From Blastocladiella emersonii ATCC 22665 (lineage: Eukaryota; Fungi; Blastocladiomycota), in the NCBI GenBank assembly GCA_025594325.1, contig JANHCV010000001.1, forward strand, positions 4,464,001-4,528,000: a stretch of DNA of 64,000 nt, read 5' to 3'. The number at the start of each line of letters is the position of its first letter. The first letter of the stretch is position 1. Both the position numbers and the translations under genes were made by a program. The notes below the pieces were generated by a model that was given only the letters and a program-made list of their open reading frames with translations, ran no database searches and had not been told where the DNA came from. Below are positions 31,354-41,128 of the stretch, one piece after another.

Positions 31354-34032
31354 TCATGCTTCGCCGGTCGTGGCCGCGACCCAGTCGCGCACCGCGCTGC
31401 ACCCGTGCTCCTCGCACCCTGCGAGAAACGGTAACCCGCCCAGCTCGCGCGCCGCGGGCCGTTGGGCGGGGTCGACGCGGACACACGCGCGGTACCACGC
31501 GACGCCGTCCTCGCCCAGCAGATCCGCGGCCGCGGGCTCGAGCGCGGGCGGTTTCCGCGCGCGCGCAATCGCCGCAACCGCCTCGTCCTCGCCCAGGTCC
31601 GCGTGCGGGTACGCGCCGGCGTGCGTCAGCTCGACCAGCGTGATGCCGAGCGCCCAGACGTCCGCCGCGGGGCCGGACGCCGTGGGGTGTGGCGTATCGG
31701 GAGAGGCGACGGCGGCCGCGACCTCGGGCGCCATCCAGTACGCGGTCCCGCGGACGTCCCGCGCGGTGCGGGTCGCCGGGTCGAGCGCGCCGGCGGCGCC
31801 CCAGTACGCGAGCTTGGCGGTGCCGGCGCGCGTGAGCAGGATGTGGTCGGACCGGACGTCGCGGTGCACGACGCGCAGGGTGTCGTGGAGGTACGCGAGC
31901 GCGGCGGCGATGGGCGCGAGGATCCCGCGGACGACGGCGCGTGTGACGGGCGCGGGCGTGTCGGCGAGGAGGACGTCGGCGAGGGTGCCGGCGTCCATCC
32001 ACTCGGACACGATCCAGATGTTGTCGTTGACGAGGTGCGCGGCGACAAACTCGACGAGCGCGGCGTGCCGCGCGCGCTGCATCCACTGGATCTCCTGGAC
32101 GATGCGCTGCTCGTCGTCGCAGCACTCCGCCCGCGGGATCACCTTAACCGCGACGCGCGTGTGAACCGCGGCGTGCGTCGCGCGGTGCACGGTGCCGCGG
32201 TTGCCCTCGGCCCACGGCCGCATGTCCGTGTACGCGTCTGCGGGCGAGCAGGGGCCGGAGTCGACGACATCGGCGAGCGTGAGCGGGGCGGCAGACGCGG
32301 CGCGACCCGCCTCGAGCATCGCGGCGAGTGTCGGGAGCGAGACCGAGGTGCGCTGCAGCCGCGTGAGCCGGCGCGCGCGCATCGCGTCGTTGGGCGGTAC
32401 GGCGCCGGTCCCGATGGCCGCGGTCTGCGCCGGGTCGCGCGCTTGCCGCTCGGCGTTCTGGATCAGCTCGGCGAGGAGCGGGTGGATCACGGGGACGACG
32501 ACGGCGGGCGGGGCTGACTTGGCCGCTGGTTCGGATGGCGCGGCGGCGGGTTCTGGGACTGTGACGACAGCGAGCGCCTGCGTCGCCGCCGGCGGTGCCG
32601 ACGCGGGTGTTGCTGGCGACGGGACCCGGTGCCGCGCGAGCGTAGCAACGGGCGACTCGAGCGCCTCGTCGTTGAGGACCTCGGGGATCGCGGGGACCGC
32701 AGGCACGGCGGGCGGCGAGCGCAGGTCGTTGCTGTCGATACTCTTGCGCCCGGTACCGGCCGCGGCGGGTTTCGCGGGCGACCACTGCGCGTGCTTGGCG
32801 GCGAGGTTGGGCGCCGAGAGCGTGCGCGGGAGCAGGACGGGGGGCGCGACGCCCGCGAACGAGGGGGTTGGGGCGCGCGCGTCGCGGTCGCGGAGCTTGC
32901 TGCTGCCGGAGCTCTTGCCGCGGCGGTGGAACAGCGAGGACAGGGACGGGAGGCGGGTGTGTTTGGTCGAGCCGTCGTCGTCGGCGGCGGGGGCGGTCGC
33001 GTGCGTGTCCATGGACCGCCGCGTGCGGATGCTGCTCGGGACGGGCGGGACGCGCGACGAGCGCGACGAGGACGTCGAGGAGCGTTTCGTCCAGCTGCCC
33101 GTCTTGCGGTGGCCCTTATGACGCGGGACGGGCCACGAGGGGAGGAGCGACGGCGTCGAGGCGGACGTGAAGAGGCCGAGCGGCGTTAGGCGGCGCGGGT
33201 CGAGGTCGTCATCGCCCTCCTCCTCCTCGTCATCCTCGTCCTCGGCCTGCGGGAACATGTGCGGGTCGGGCGACGCGAGTCCCTCGAGCATCGAGTCGTC
33301 CTGGTTGGTCCAGCTCGGGAACGCGGGCCGCCAGACGCTCGGCACGCCGCGGAACGAGCCGAGGTCCGCGTCCCACTCGACGTGCAGCAGCTGGCGCACG
33401 TTGGTCGGGTACGAGATGGACGCGTCGCCGTCCTCGGCCTCGGCGGCGGCCGCTGCCGCGGCGCTGGGCGTCGCCAAGTTCTCGACGGGTTTCGCGGGGA
33501 TCGAGTCGTCGGCGCGGGCCGACCCGGTGCGCTGGCGGTGGCGCGAGATGCTGCGCAGCGGGGCCGAGGCCTTGCGCACGAGGCGGCGCGACTTGGTGCG
33601 GACGAGCCCGATGACCGAGTCGACGGGCGAGACCACGGCGGGGTCGTCGGACTCGGTGACGCCGCCGAGGTACAGGGGCACGTCGCCGTCGGCCGGGATC
33701 GGCGGCATGGGCGGGAGCTCGGCGACGACAATCGGCGACATGCCCGGGACGCCCGTGTGGAAGGTGACGGGTTTCGAGGCCGCCTTGGGCGATGCAGAGG
33801 CGGTGTTGGTCGTGGGCTCACTCGGCGGAGCAGCCGTCGTCGCGGTCGGCTTGAGGACGACGACAGCGACGCCCGAGTCGTTTCGGGCGGGCATGATGCG
33901 CTTGGGCGGGACCTCGAGCGGGGCGGCCGAGTCGGGCGAGGCGGGCGGCGGCGGCGCGCCCTTGGCCTTGATCTTCTTGCCCTTCCGCGCCAGCTTGGCT
34001 GGGTCGAGGGCGGTGGACTGCGTCTGGCCCAT
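31354..34032 (-). CDS. STE20/PAK-family kinase-like protein with CRIB domain; probable pseudokinase; intronless
   Basis: MGQTQS N-terminus, CRIB-like ISYPTNVRQLLHVEWD..GVPSVW, VAVK, HRDVRSDHILL, KLAYWG (DFG position), GTAYWMAPE and DVWALGITLVEL. Confidence 0.88.
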   Translation of the reverse strand: MGQTQSTALDPAKLARKGKKIKAKGAPPPPASPDSAAPLEVPPKRIMPARNDSGVAVVVLKPTATTAAPPSEPTTNTASASPKAASKPVTFHTGVPGMSPIVVAELPPMPPIPADGDVPLYLGGVTESDDPAVVSPVDSVIGLVRTKSRRLVRKASAPLRSISRHRQRTGSARADDSIPAKPVENLATPSAAAAAAAEAEDGDASISYPTNVRQLLHVEWDADLGSFRGVPSVWRPAFPSWTNQDDSMLEGLASPDPHMFPQAEDEDDEEEEGDDDLDPRRLTPLGLFTSASTPSLLPSWPVPRHKGHRKTGSWTKRSSTSSSRSSRVPPVPSSIRTRRSMDTHATAPAADDDGSTKHTRLPSLSSLFHRRGKSSGSSKLRDRDARAPTPSFAGVAPPVLLPRTLSAPNLAAKHAQWSPAKPAAAGTGRKSIDSNDLRSPPAVPAVPAIPEVLNDEALESPVATLARHRVPSPATPASAPPAATQALAVVTVPEPAAAPSEPAAKSAPPAVVVPVIHPLLAELIQNAERQARDPAQTAAIGTGAVPPNDAMRARRLTRLQRTSVSLPTLAAMLEAGRAASAAPLTLADVVDSGPCSPADAYTDMRPWAEGNRGTVHRATHAAVHTRVAVKVIPRAECCDDEQRIVQEIQWMQRARHAALVEFVAAHLVNDNIWIVSEWMDAGTLADVLLADTPAPVTRAVVRGILAPIAAALAYLHDTLRVVHRDVRSDHILLTRAGTAKLAYWGAAGALDPATRTARDVRGTAYWMAPEVAAAVASPDTPHPTASGPAADVWALGITLVELTHAGAYPHADLGEDEAVAAIARARKPPALEPAAADLLGEDGVAWYRACVRVDPAQRPAARELGGLPFLAGCEEHGCSAVRDWVAATTGEA

Positions 34033-34737
34033 GGTGGTGGACGACGGGGGTGGAAGGGTGGGTAGTGGGTGTGGGCGGTATGCGACCGGCGCGTGCGGGT
34101 GGTGCAGAACGAAGGTCGGGTGCCGATGCAGCGAGTTTCATATGCAAATGTGCCAGTCGAGTGTTGTGTGGTTCTGCGGAGAGGCGGTCGGGGAGAGGGG
34201 ACGATTTGTGGCGCGGCGCGACGCGTCGTGTTTCGACTTCAGCTCGAGGTCGGCGACCAGGCCGGCGACCAGGCCGGCGACCGCGTCACTCGTCGCCCGC
34301 CGCCGCTGGCCGCTGCAGACATCAACAAGAAGCGGCACGTCGCGCGCCAAGGCGACGTCTGCGCTGGGGGAGGTGATCGAGCTCCCCTAGAACAACGCCG
34401 AGCAGGACCCCACGCGGGCGCCCCTGGGAAATTCGAAGCCTTGCGTTAGAGTTCTACAACTCCTCTCGCGCGGGGTTCCTCGAACCCTTCCGCCGATGTG
34501 GCGGCTGACCAGAGCATCCGCGCTCCTGACTCAAGGCGCGGTGTCGGCCGCGGAGTCGTCTCACAAATCGGATTTCAGCAGGGCGGCGGTGCCACACGGC
34601 TGAGCTCAGCCACGACGCTCTCGATCGGATCGGCGGGACGTCGTTCTTCCTTTCAAAAGCGTCGCGCTGGCCTCGTCCACCTTCCTCTCTCTCACAACCA
34701 ACAACACCTCTGCAACGTAACTTAACGCACCTACACC

Positions 34738-35358
34738 ATGGGCCTCTTCTCGTCTGCCGCGCCCGTCGCGACCTCGTTCAAGCTGATGCAGGACGTGAAC
34801 CTGATCCCGGTCGATGCGCCCACGTCCGATGCGCCGCTGCAGGCGCCCGGCATCAAGTCGCAGACGCTGTGGGCCGACCGCCCGACGCTGATCGTGCTCA
34901 TCCGCCGCCCGGGCTGCCTGCTGTGCCGCAACGAGGCCTTCACGCTCGCCGGCCAGCGCGACCTCATCCAGAACGAGCTCGGCATCCGCATGGTCGCCGT
35001 CGTCAACCAGGAATTCGGCGCCAAGGACTTTGCCGACAACTTCTGGAAGGGCGAGGCCTACTTTGATAAGGACCTCGGCCTGTTCAAGGCCATGGGCGAC
35101 GGCAAGGTCCGCCGCGGGTCCCTCCTCTCGCTCATGTTCCCCTCGGTCCTCGCCCGCTTCTCCGAGGCCAAGAAGAGCGGCCTCGACAGCAACCTGGCCG
35201 GTGACGGCACCATGCTCGGCGGCCTGCTCATCGTCCGCCCTGGCAACGACGGCGTCGAGTACGAGTACCCCGAGACGACGTTTGGCGACCACGCGCCCCT
35301 CGACACGGTCCTCGAGACGTGCAAGAACCTCGCCGCCAAGTACCCCAAGAAGGCGTAG
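34738..35358 (+). CDS. Peroxiredoxin-like 2 (FAM213/PRXL2, AhpC/TSA-2 family) paralog 1, intronless
   Basis: LIRRPGCLLCRNEA (CxxC), G.G..LGG.LIV, FGDHAP. Confidence 0.88.
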   Translation: MGLFSSAAPVATSFKLMQDVNLIPVDAPTSDAPLQAPGIKSQTLWADRPTLIVLIRRPGCLLCRNEAFTLAGQRDLIQNELGIRMVAVVNQEFGAKDFADNFWKGEAYFDKDLGLFKAMGDGKVRRGSLLSLMFPSVLARFSEAKKSGLDSNLAGDGTMLGGLLIVRPGNDGVEYEYPETTFGDHAPLDTVLETCKNLAAKYPKKA

Positions 35359-35544
35359 TTGTGTGGCTATTTCTTGTCATGGCGTGTAAAACAAACAATC
35401 GTTACCCTCAAAGTTTCACATGGTGCGCTGGCCGCAGCCTCGGAAGTCGCGGCGTAGTCAGCGGCGGCGACCAACCTTGCGCGTCGCTTCGCGGCAGCTT
35501 CTTCTCTCTCCCCACACCACCAGTATCTGCAACGTATCAACACC

Positions 35545-36304
35545 ATGGGAATCTTCGATCTTATTACCGGCGCTGGCAAGAACGGCAAGACCAACTTCGA
35601 CCTGCTGCACGACGTGCCGCTCGTCCCGGTCGCCTCGCTCGACGACCCCGCCGCCGCGACGCCCGTCCTCTCGCACACGCTGTGGGCCGACCAGCCCGCG
35701 CTCATCGTGCTCATCCGCCGCCCGGGCTGCCTGCTGTGCCGCCAGGAGGCGCACATCCTCGCCGGCAAGCGCGACCTCATCGCGCAGCAGTACGGCATTC
35801 GCATGGTCGCCATCGTGAACCAGGAGTTTGGCGCCAAGGACTTTGTCGACAACTTCTGGGGCCGCGGCGAGGCCTACTTTGACAAGGAGCTGGGTCTGTT
35901 CAAGGCCATGGGCGACGGCCAGGTCCGCAAGGCGTCCATGCTCCAGCTCGCGTACCCGAGCGTCATCGCGCGGTACCAGCAGGCCAAGAAGAGCGGGCTC
36001 GACTCCAACTTCCAGGGCGACGGCCTGATGCTCGGCGGGCTCCTCGTCATGCGGCCCGGCAAGGGCGGGATCGACTACGAGTACTCGGAGACCGAGTTCG
36101 GCGACATTGTACGTTCCTTAGACCTGCGACTGTCGCCAGATCGCTTATACTGACCCTCTCTATCGTGTGTAGGCTCCCATCGAGGACGTGCTCGCCGCGT
36201 GCCAGCGCGTCGCCGTTCCGACCCGCGAGGCTACTGCCGCCGAGGCCGAGGACGCCGCTCCCGCCGCGACTGAGCCTGCTGCCGAGGTCAACGCCACGGC
36301 CTAG
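35545..36304 (+). CDS. Peroxiredoxin-like 2 (FAM213/PRXL2) paralog 2, tandem duplicate with 1 intron and acidic tail
   Basis: LIRRPGCLLCRQEA, GDGLMLGGLLV, then FGDI|APIEDVL across a GTACG..TAG intron; stop at 36302-36304. Confidence 0.88.
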
Positions 36305-36523
36305 GCGCTGTATCTGTACTTATATACGTTCTGTACCCGTCCGCCAGCAGCGATCCCGACCGTCAGCGTGGCGCAACGCGCTTCGATCGCGCGAAGGCGT
36401 GACGAAGCTCGTGCTTCCTCCCCTCACCCTTCGATCAGCAACGAACACGCCGGTACACTTCACGTTTGCCATGAAAGCTGTTCATTGAATCCCGCTGCAC
36501 TCCTTTTAATGAAGCGTGGTCTA

Positions 36524-37790
36524 TTACGCGTCCAGGCACCGCCACTTGGTCGCCGCGGGGTCGGGGCTCGCGGACCGGCCGCGCGCCCGCTTCGCGCTGG
36601 CCAACACGGGCGCGGGCACGACGCTCGCCAGGCCCGACTTGCCCACGTTCTTGACCTCAACGGTCGGCCGGCGGATGCCAAAGTACATCTCCTCGACGAT
36701 AAACGGCGCGCCGGCCAGCGCCTCCGCCAGCTCGTCAAACGTCGGAAACCGCTTGAGCCCAAGATCGCGCGCAGCCTGCGTGCGCGGGTTCCCGCGGGCC
36801 CACTGCTCCGTGGCCGATCGCGGCCGGCCGGGCGTCGCGTAGAGGTACACGCGGCCGTCGTGCTCGTACACGATCGCGTACGCGGGCTCGCCGTCGTTAC
36901 GGGCCTGCATGGGCAGGAGACGGTTGTCGATGCGCGGCGTCGCGCGCGGCCGCTCGCCACGCGCCTCGGCTGCCGCACACTGCTCGTCCTTGGTCTGCGT
37001 GCGCTGGTGCCGGGCACGGTTCTCAGACGTCCTGCGTGCTGCGAGGTCGTCGGCCGTGGCGGGGGGCGCATGTGCAGCGGCGGCGGAGGCGGCGTGGGTC
37101 GAGGTCGGGACACGTTGCGGCGGGGCAGGGACCTCGTCCGCGGCGGGACGGGAGCTGAGCCGGAGGATGTACGCCAGGTTGGCGGCGTTGAGCTCGGGCG
37201 AGCCCGTCTCGGTGAGCACGAGCGGGCGCTGCGGCGGCACGGAATCCGCCTCCCCGCCGGGACTGTCGTCGGCCGTCGCGCCGTCTTTGGCCGAGCCGTC
37301 AAGGGGCACGACCGTCTTGACCGTACCATGGAGGATCGGGTAGACCTTGAGCACAACGCACTTGAGGCTCGCGACACTAGCAGGGCGAGCGGGATGGGGA
37401 GGTTAGCGGGGTTCCTGCGGGTGATCCGTGGCGGGAACGCGTACCCGCGCAGGACCTCGATCTCGGCGTTCATATCGTAGGCCGTGTACGACCGCTTGGA
37501 CTCAGCGACGACGCTCGCCTGCGACGGCGCTGGGGTCGCGTCGGGGAGCTGCCACGAGACCCTGTTGAGGTGGGCGCGGACGGCAGAAATGACAAGACGG
37601 GCGAGCGCGGGGACGCCGCCGTTCCGGGTACCGGCCAGGACGGTCTTGAGGACGCTGGTCATGGCCACGACGCGGGCGAGGTGGGCCGCGGGGGTCTCGT
37701 CGGCGGGCACGACGAGGTGCGACCATTTGTAGGCGCCGTCGGTGGCGGCGAGCAGGTCCTCGACGACGGGCAGGGTGACGTTATGCTTAT
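36524..37790 (-). CDS. Hypothetical protein (at least 1 intron; start codon not resolved)
   Basis: Two GC3-rich coding blocks (…[21 protein letters not shown]…EIEVLR and [11 protein letters not shown]…KWRCLDA*) joined by a GTACG..TAG intron. C-terminal NLS-like KRAR. No family recognised. Confidence 0.55.
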
Positions 37791-37946
37791 CCGCCCTCGA
37801 AGTACGCTCGTTCAGCCGAAGCCTATCCCTTGCTCTCGGTGTGGCGCAACGCGCGCCGATCGGTCACGCCAGGTGGCGCTCCTCAGCTCGATCGCCCGCT
37901 CTCTCTCCTTGGACTCCCCAACAAGCCCATGTACACTACGACTACC

Positions 37947-38896
37947 ATGCACCGACTCGTCGCAACTCGCTGCACTCCGCTCCGCTCAGCGCTGTCCACC
38001 TTCTGCCGCCTTCCCGCCCCCGCGGCCGCGGCCGCCGTCGCCCCGCGCTTCGCTCGGTGGCAGTCGACTTCCGCCGAACCGCCCGGCACGATCGTCGAGT
38101 CCTCGCAGGCCGTGCGCCCGACGGCGGCATCGTCGAAGCGGATCCACATCTACACGCGGACCGGCGACAAGGGCACGTCGGCGCTGTTCACGGGCGAGCG
38201 CCGCGCCAAGGACGACCAGGTGTTCGAGGCGCTCGGCGCCACGGACGAGCTGTCGAGCGCGCTCGGGCTCGCGCGCGAGTTTTGTGTCGAGGCGGGGAAC
38301 GGGCTTGAGGGGAAGCTCGAGACGGTACTGCGACTCTCAATTTCCGTGCTGGTCAGCGCGGGCTGACATGTTACGACGGTGTAGATCCAGTGCCTCCTGC
38401 AGGACGCGGGCGGCAACATTGCGACGCCGCGCGACTGCGGGTCGGATCCGCACCTGAGTACGCTGATCTCGTCGCTCTCATCGGACCTCGATCGAGCCTG
38501 ACGCGCGCGTATCGATCCGTAGAGCGCACCGAGTTCGACTCGCACGGCGAGCACGCTGCGTCGCTCGAGAAGTGGATCGACGAGCTCGAGGACCGCGGTC
38601 TCCCGCCGCTGCGCAACTTCATTCTTCCCGTACGTCTCCACCGCCACGATTCCATTGTCGCCACTCACACCGCGAGCGCGTAGTCGGGAGGCAAGGCCGC
38701 GTCGACGCTTCACCTCGCGCGGTCCATCTGCCGCCGCGCCGAGCGCCGCGTGGTCCCGCTCGTTCTCGAGGAGGAAGTGAGCCCGACGGTCGGGCGGTAC
38801 CTCAACCGGCTCTCGGACTTTTTGTTCACGGCGGGCCGGTACGCGGCCTTCCACGAGGGCAAGCCCGAGCAGGTGTACAAGAAGCTCAAGCACTGA
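37947..38896 (+). CDS. MMAB: Mitochondrial ATP:cob(I)alamin adenosyltransferase (PduO-type) (3 introns)
   Basis: Presequence, then [57 protein letters not shown]|[14 protein letters not shown] and [10 protein letters not shown]. Confidence 0.95.
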
Positions 38897-38957
38897 GTTG
38901 CGAAAGACACGCGTAATAAGCGAAGAGGGGGGAATATATGTGCAAGAATACCCGGCC

Positions 38958-40616
38958 TTAGTTGGTCAGCGCGGGCGGGGCCGTGGTCACGGCGCGCGGC
39001 GCGACGTTGTTGACCGAGTTGGCGAGGTGCTTGAGCCGCTTGCCCTGGTGGAACTCGGCAATGTTTTTGAGCGTGACGCCGGCGATCTCGCGCAGCGCCT
39101 CCTCGGTGAGGAACGCCTGGTGAGCCGTGATCATGACGCGGTTCTGGAACGAGAGGAGATGGGCGAGCTGGTCGTTGGTCACCACCGAGTCGCTGCAGTT
39201 CTCGTAAAAGTAGTCGTTCTCGCCCTCGACAACGTCGAGGCCGCACGCGCCGACCTGGCCCGACTTGAGCGCCTCAATGAGGGCCTTGGTGTCGACGAGC
39301 GGGCCGCGCGACGTGTTGATGATCAGGACGCCGCGCTTCATCTTGGCCAGCGTCGTCTCGTTGATGAGGTGGTGCGTCTCGGGGAGCAGCGGCGCGTGGA
39401 TCGAGATGATGTCCGACTGCGCGAGCAGCGTGTCCATCTCCACGTACTGCACCTGCGGGTTGGCGAGCAGCGCCGGGTTCTTGTACACGTCCTGGCAGAT
39501 GACGCGGCACCCGAAGCCCAGCATGATCGACACGAGGCACGCGCCGATCTTGCCCGTGCCGATGATGCCGACCGTCTTGCCCTTCATGTCGAACCCGACG
39601 AGCCCATCGAGCGAGAAGTCGCCGTTGTGGACGCGCGACGACGCCCACACGAGCTTGCGGTTGAGCGCCATCATGAGCGCCGCCGCGTGCTCGGCGATCG
39701 CGTTGGGCGAGTACCCGGGGACGCGCGCGACCGAGATGCCGAGCTTGTCGCACGTCGGGACGTGGCACGTGTCGAAGCCGGCGCACCGGTAGGCCACCAT
39801 CTCGATGCCCATGTCGGCGAGCGCCTGCGCCACCTCGGGGTTGACCGAGTCGTGCACGAACACGCACACGGCGTGCGCGCCCTTGGCGAGGTGCACCGTG
39901 GCCGGCGACAGCTTGTCCTCGAGGAACTCGAGCTTGAAGCCGAAGCCCGGCAGCGCGTTCTGCTCAATGAACAGCTTGGTCTGGTACGGCTTGCTGTCGA
40001 ACACCTTGACCACGAGGTTGGCCGCGTCGCGCGGCAGGCCGTTGGGCTGCACGTCGACCGTGGGCGTCGTCGCGGTGGCCGCGTTGCCCGCCACGACCGA
40101 CGTCGACGACTTGACCGAGGGCGCGACCGCGTCGGGCACGTGCGCGGCGAGCGCGGGGAGGAGGGCGAGGGCGAGCGTGGGCTCACGCGCGAGCAGGGCC
40201 TGGAAGGGCGCGCGCGAGATCTGGACCAGGAAGCACGACGCGGCGCCGGCGGCGAGCAGCGTCGAGGGCGAGCGCGAGTCGGCAAACAGGTTGCCGAAGC
40301 CGAACGAGTCGTACGGGTGCAGCGCGCCCGCGTGCTTGCCGGCCTGGTGCACGTGCAGCTCGCCCTGGACCAGGATCGCGAAGATCTGCGGCGTCTGGCC
40401 CTCGGACACGACCACCGTGCCCTTGCCGACCTTGATGGGCTCGGCCACCGCCGCGAGGAGGGCGAGGTGCGCGTCCGACAGCTGCGCGAACAGGCGCGTC
40501 TTGGTGAGCACCGCCTGCAGGCCCGCCGGCGTCGTCACGTCCACCTTCTTGGCGGGCGAGCTGGGCATGCTGACCGTGGGCGCGGGCGCGAGCGAGTCGA
40601 CGGTGTTGGGCGACAT
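38958..40616 (-). CDS. ldhA: NAD-dependent D-lactate dehydrogenase (LdhA type) with N-terminal cyclic-nucleotide-binding-like domain; intronless
   Basis: N-terminal LFAQLSD..L..LA..GTVVVSEGQ....FAILVQGEL.V…FG (cNMP fold). C-terminal VFDSKPY, CVFVHD, RCAGFD, RVPGYSPNAIAEHA, GIIGTGKIG, SIHAPL, INTSRG.LVD, GLDVVEGE and MITAHQAFLT. Confidence 0.92.
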   Translation of the reverse strand: MSPNTVDSLAPAPTVSMPSSPAKKVDVTTPAGLQAVLTKTRLFAQLSDAHLALLAAVAEPIKVGKGTVVVSEGQTPQIFAILVQGELHVHQAGKHAGALHPYDSFGFGNLFADSRSPSTLLAAGAASCFLVQISRAPFQALLAREPTLALALLPALAAHVPDAVAPSVKSSTSVVAGNAATATTPTVDVQPNGLPRDAANLVVKVFDSKPYQTKLFIEQNALPGFGFKLEFLEDKLSPATVHLAKGAHAVCVFVHDSVNPEVAQALADMGIEMVAYRCAGFDTCHVPTCDKLGISVARVPGYSPNAIAEHAAALMMALNRKLVWASSRVHNGDFSLDGLVGFDMKGKTVGIIGTGKIGACLVSIMLGFGCRVICQDVYKNPALLANPQVQYVEMDTLLAQSDIISIHAPLLPETHHLINETTLAKMKRGVLIINTSRGPLVDTKALIEALKSGQVGACGLDVVEGENDYFYENCSDSVVTNDQLAHLLSFQNRVMITAHQAFLTEEALREIAGVTLKNIAEFHQGKRLKHLANSVNNVAPRAVTTAPPALTN

Positions 40617-40770
40617 GGTGGCGGTGGTGGTGGGTGGGGGTGATGCGATTGGTGATGATGAGTGAGCGAATGCGATGAGTTGACGAGACTAGTTGGTCGT
40701 CGTCGTCGTAGCAGCAGCGAGGGTTGGTTGGTGGTGAAGGGAGAGGGGAGTGGTCGGGGGGCGGCGCGCG

Positions 40771-40777
40771 TTTTATA
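40771..40777 (-). promoter_or_regulatory. TATA-box candidate (TATAAAA) for the D-LDH gene
   Basis: + strand ttttata at 40771-40777, ~155 nt upstream of the ATG at 40616, standing out in GC-rich context. Confidence 0.5.
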
Positions 40778-41128
40778 GGCGTCCCGACGCGTGTGCGGAT
40801 CGGATCCGCGCCAACGTGTTTGGGTTATCGCGTCGCGCCGCTCATGTCGCGCCCGCGGTGCGAGACATGGATACGGGCGAGAGACACTTGCCCGGCGCGT
40901 CGACGCGACGTGACGCGCTTTGACGATTTCTGCATCGACGGAGTGGGGCTCCGCCATGTGCAGGGACGCGTGCAAGAATGGTGGCTCAGCTCGCGTCACG
41001 GTGCGTCAACCCGCTATCGCAGTCCCGTCCCCCACCGCGACGAGAACCGTCTCCCACCCAGCAGCCGATCGACTTGCTTCTGCCCGCTTTGCGATAGGGG
41101 GAGAGCCAGCACGTTTATTCACTGCTGA

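Noticed and set aside
29307-31577. 756-aa minus-strand ORF
   Set aside because: Antisense shadow of CWF19L1 and PAK.
34470-34490. GGGTTCGAG resembling a tRNA T-arm
   Set aside because: No matching T-stem, D-arm or acceptor stem.
38898-40643. 581-aa plus-strand ORF
   Set aside because: Antisense shadow of D-LDH.
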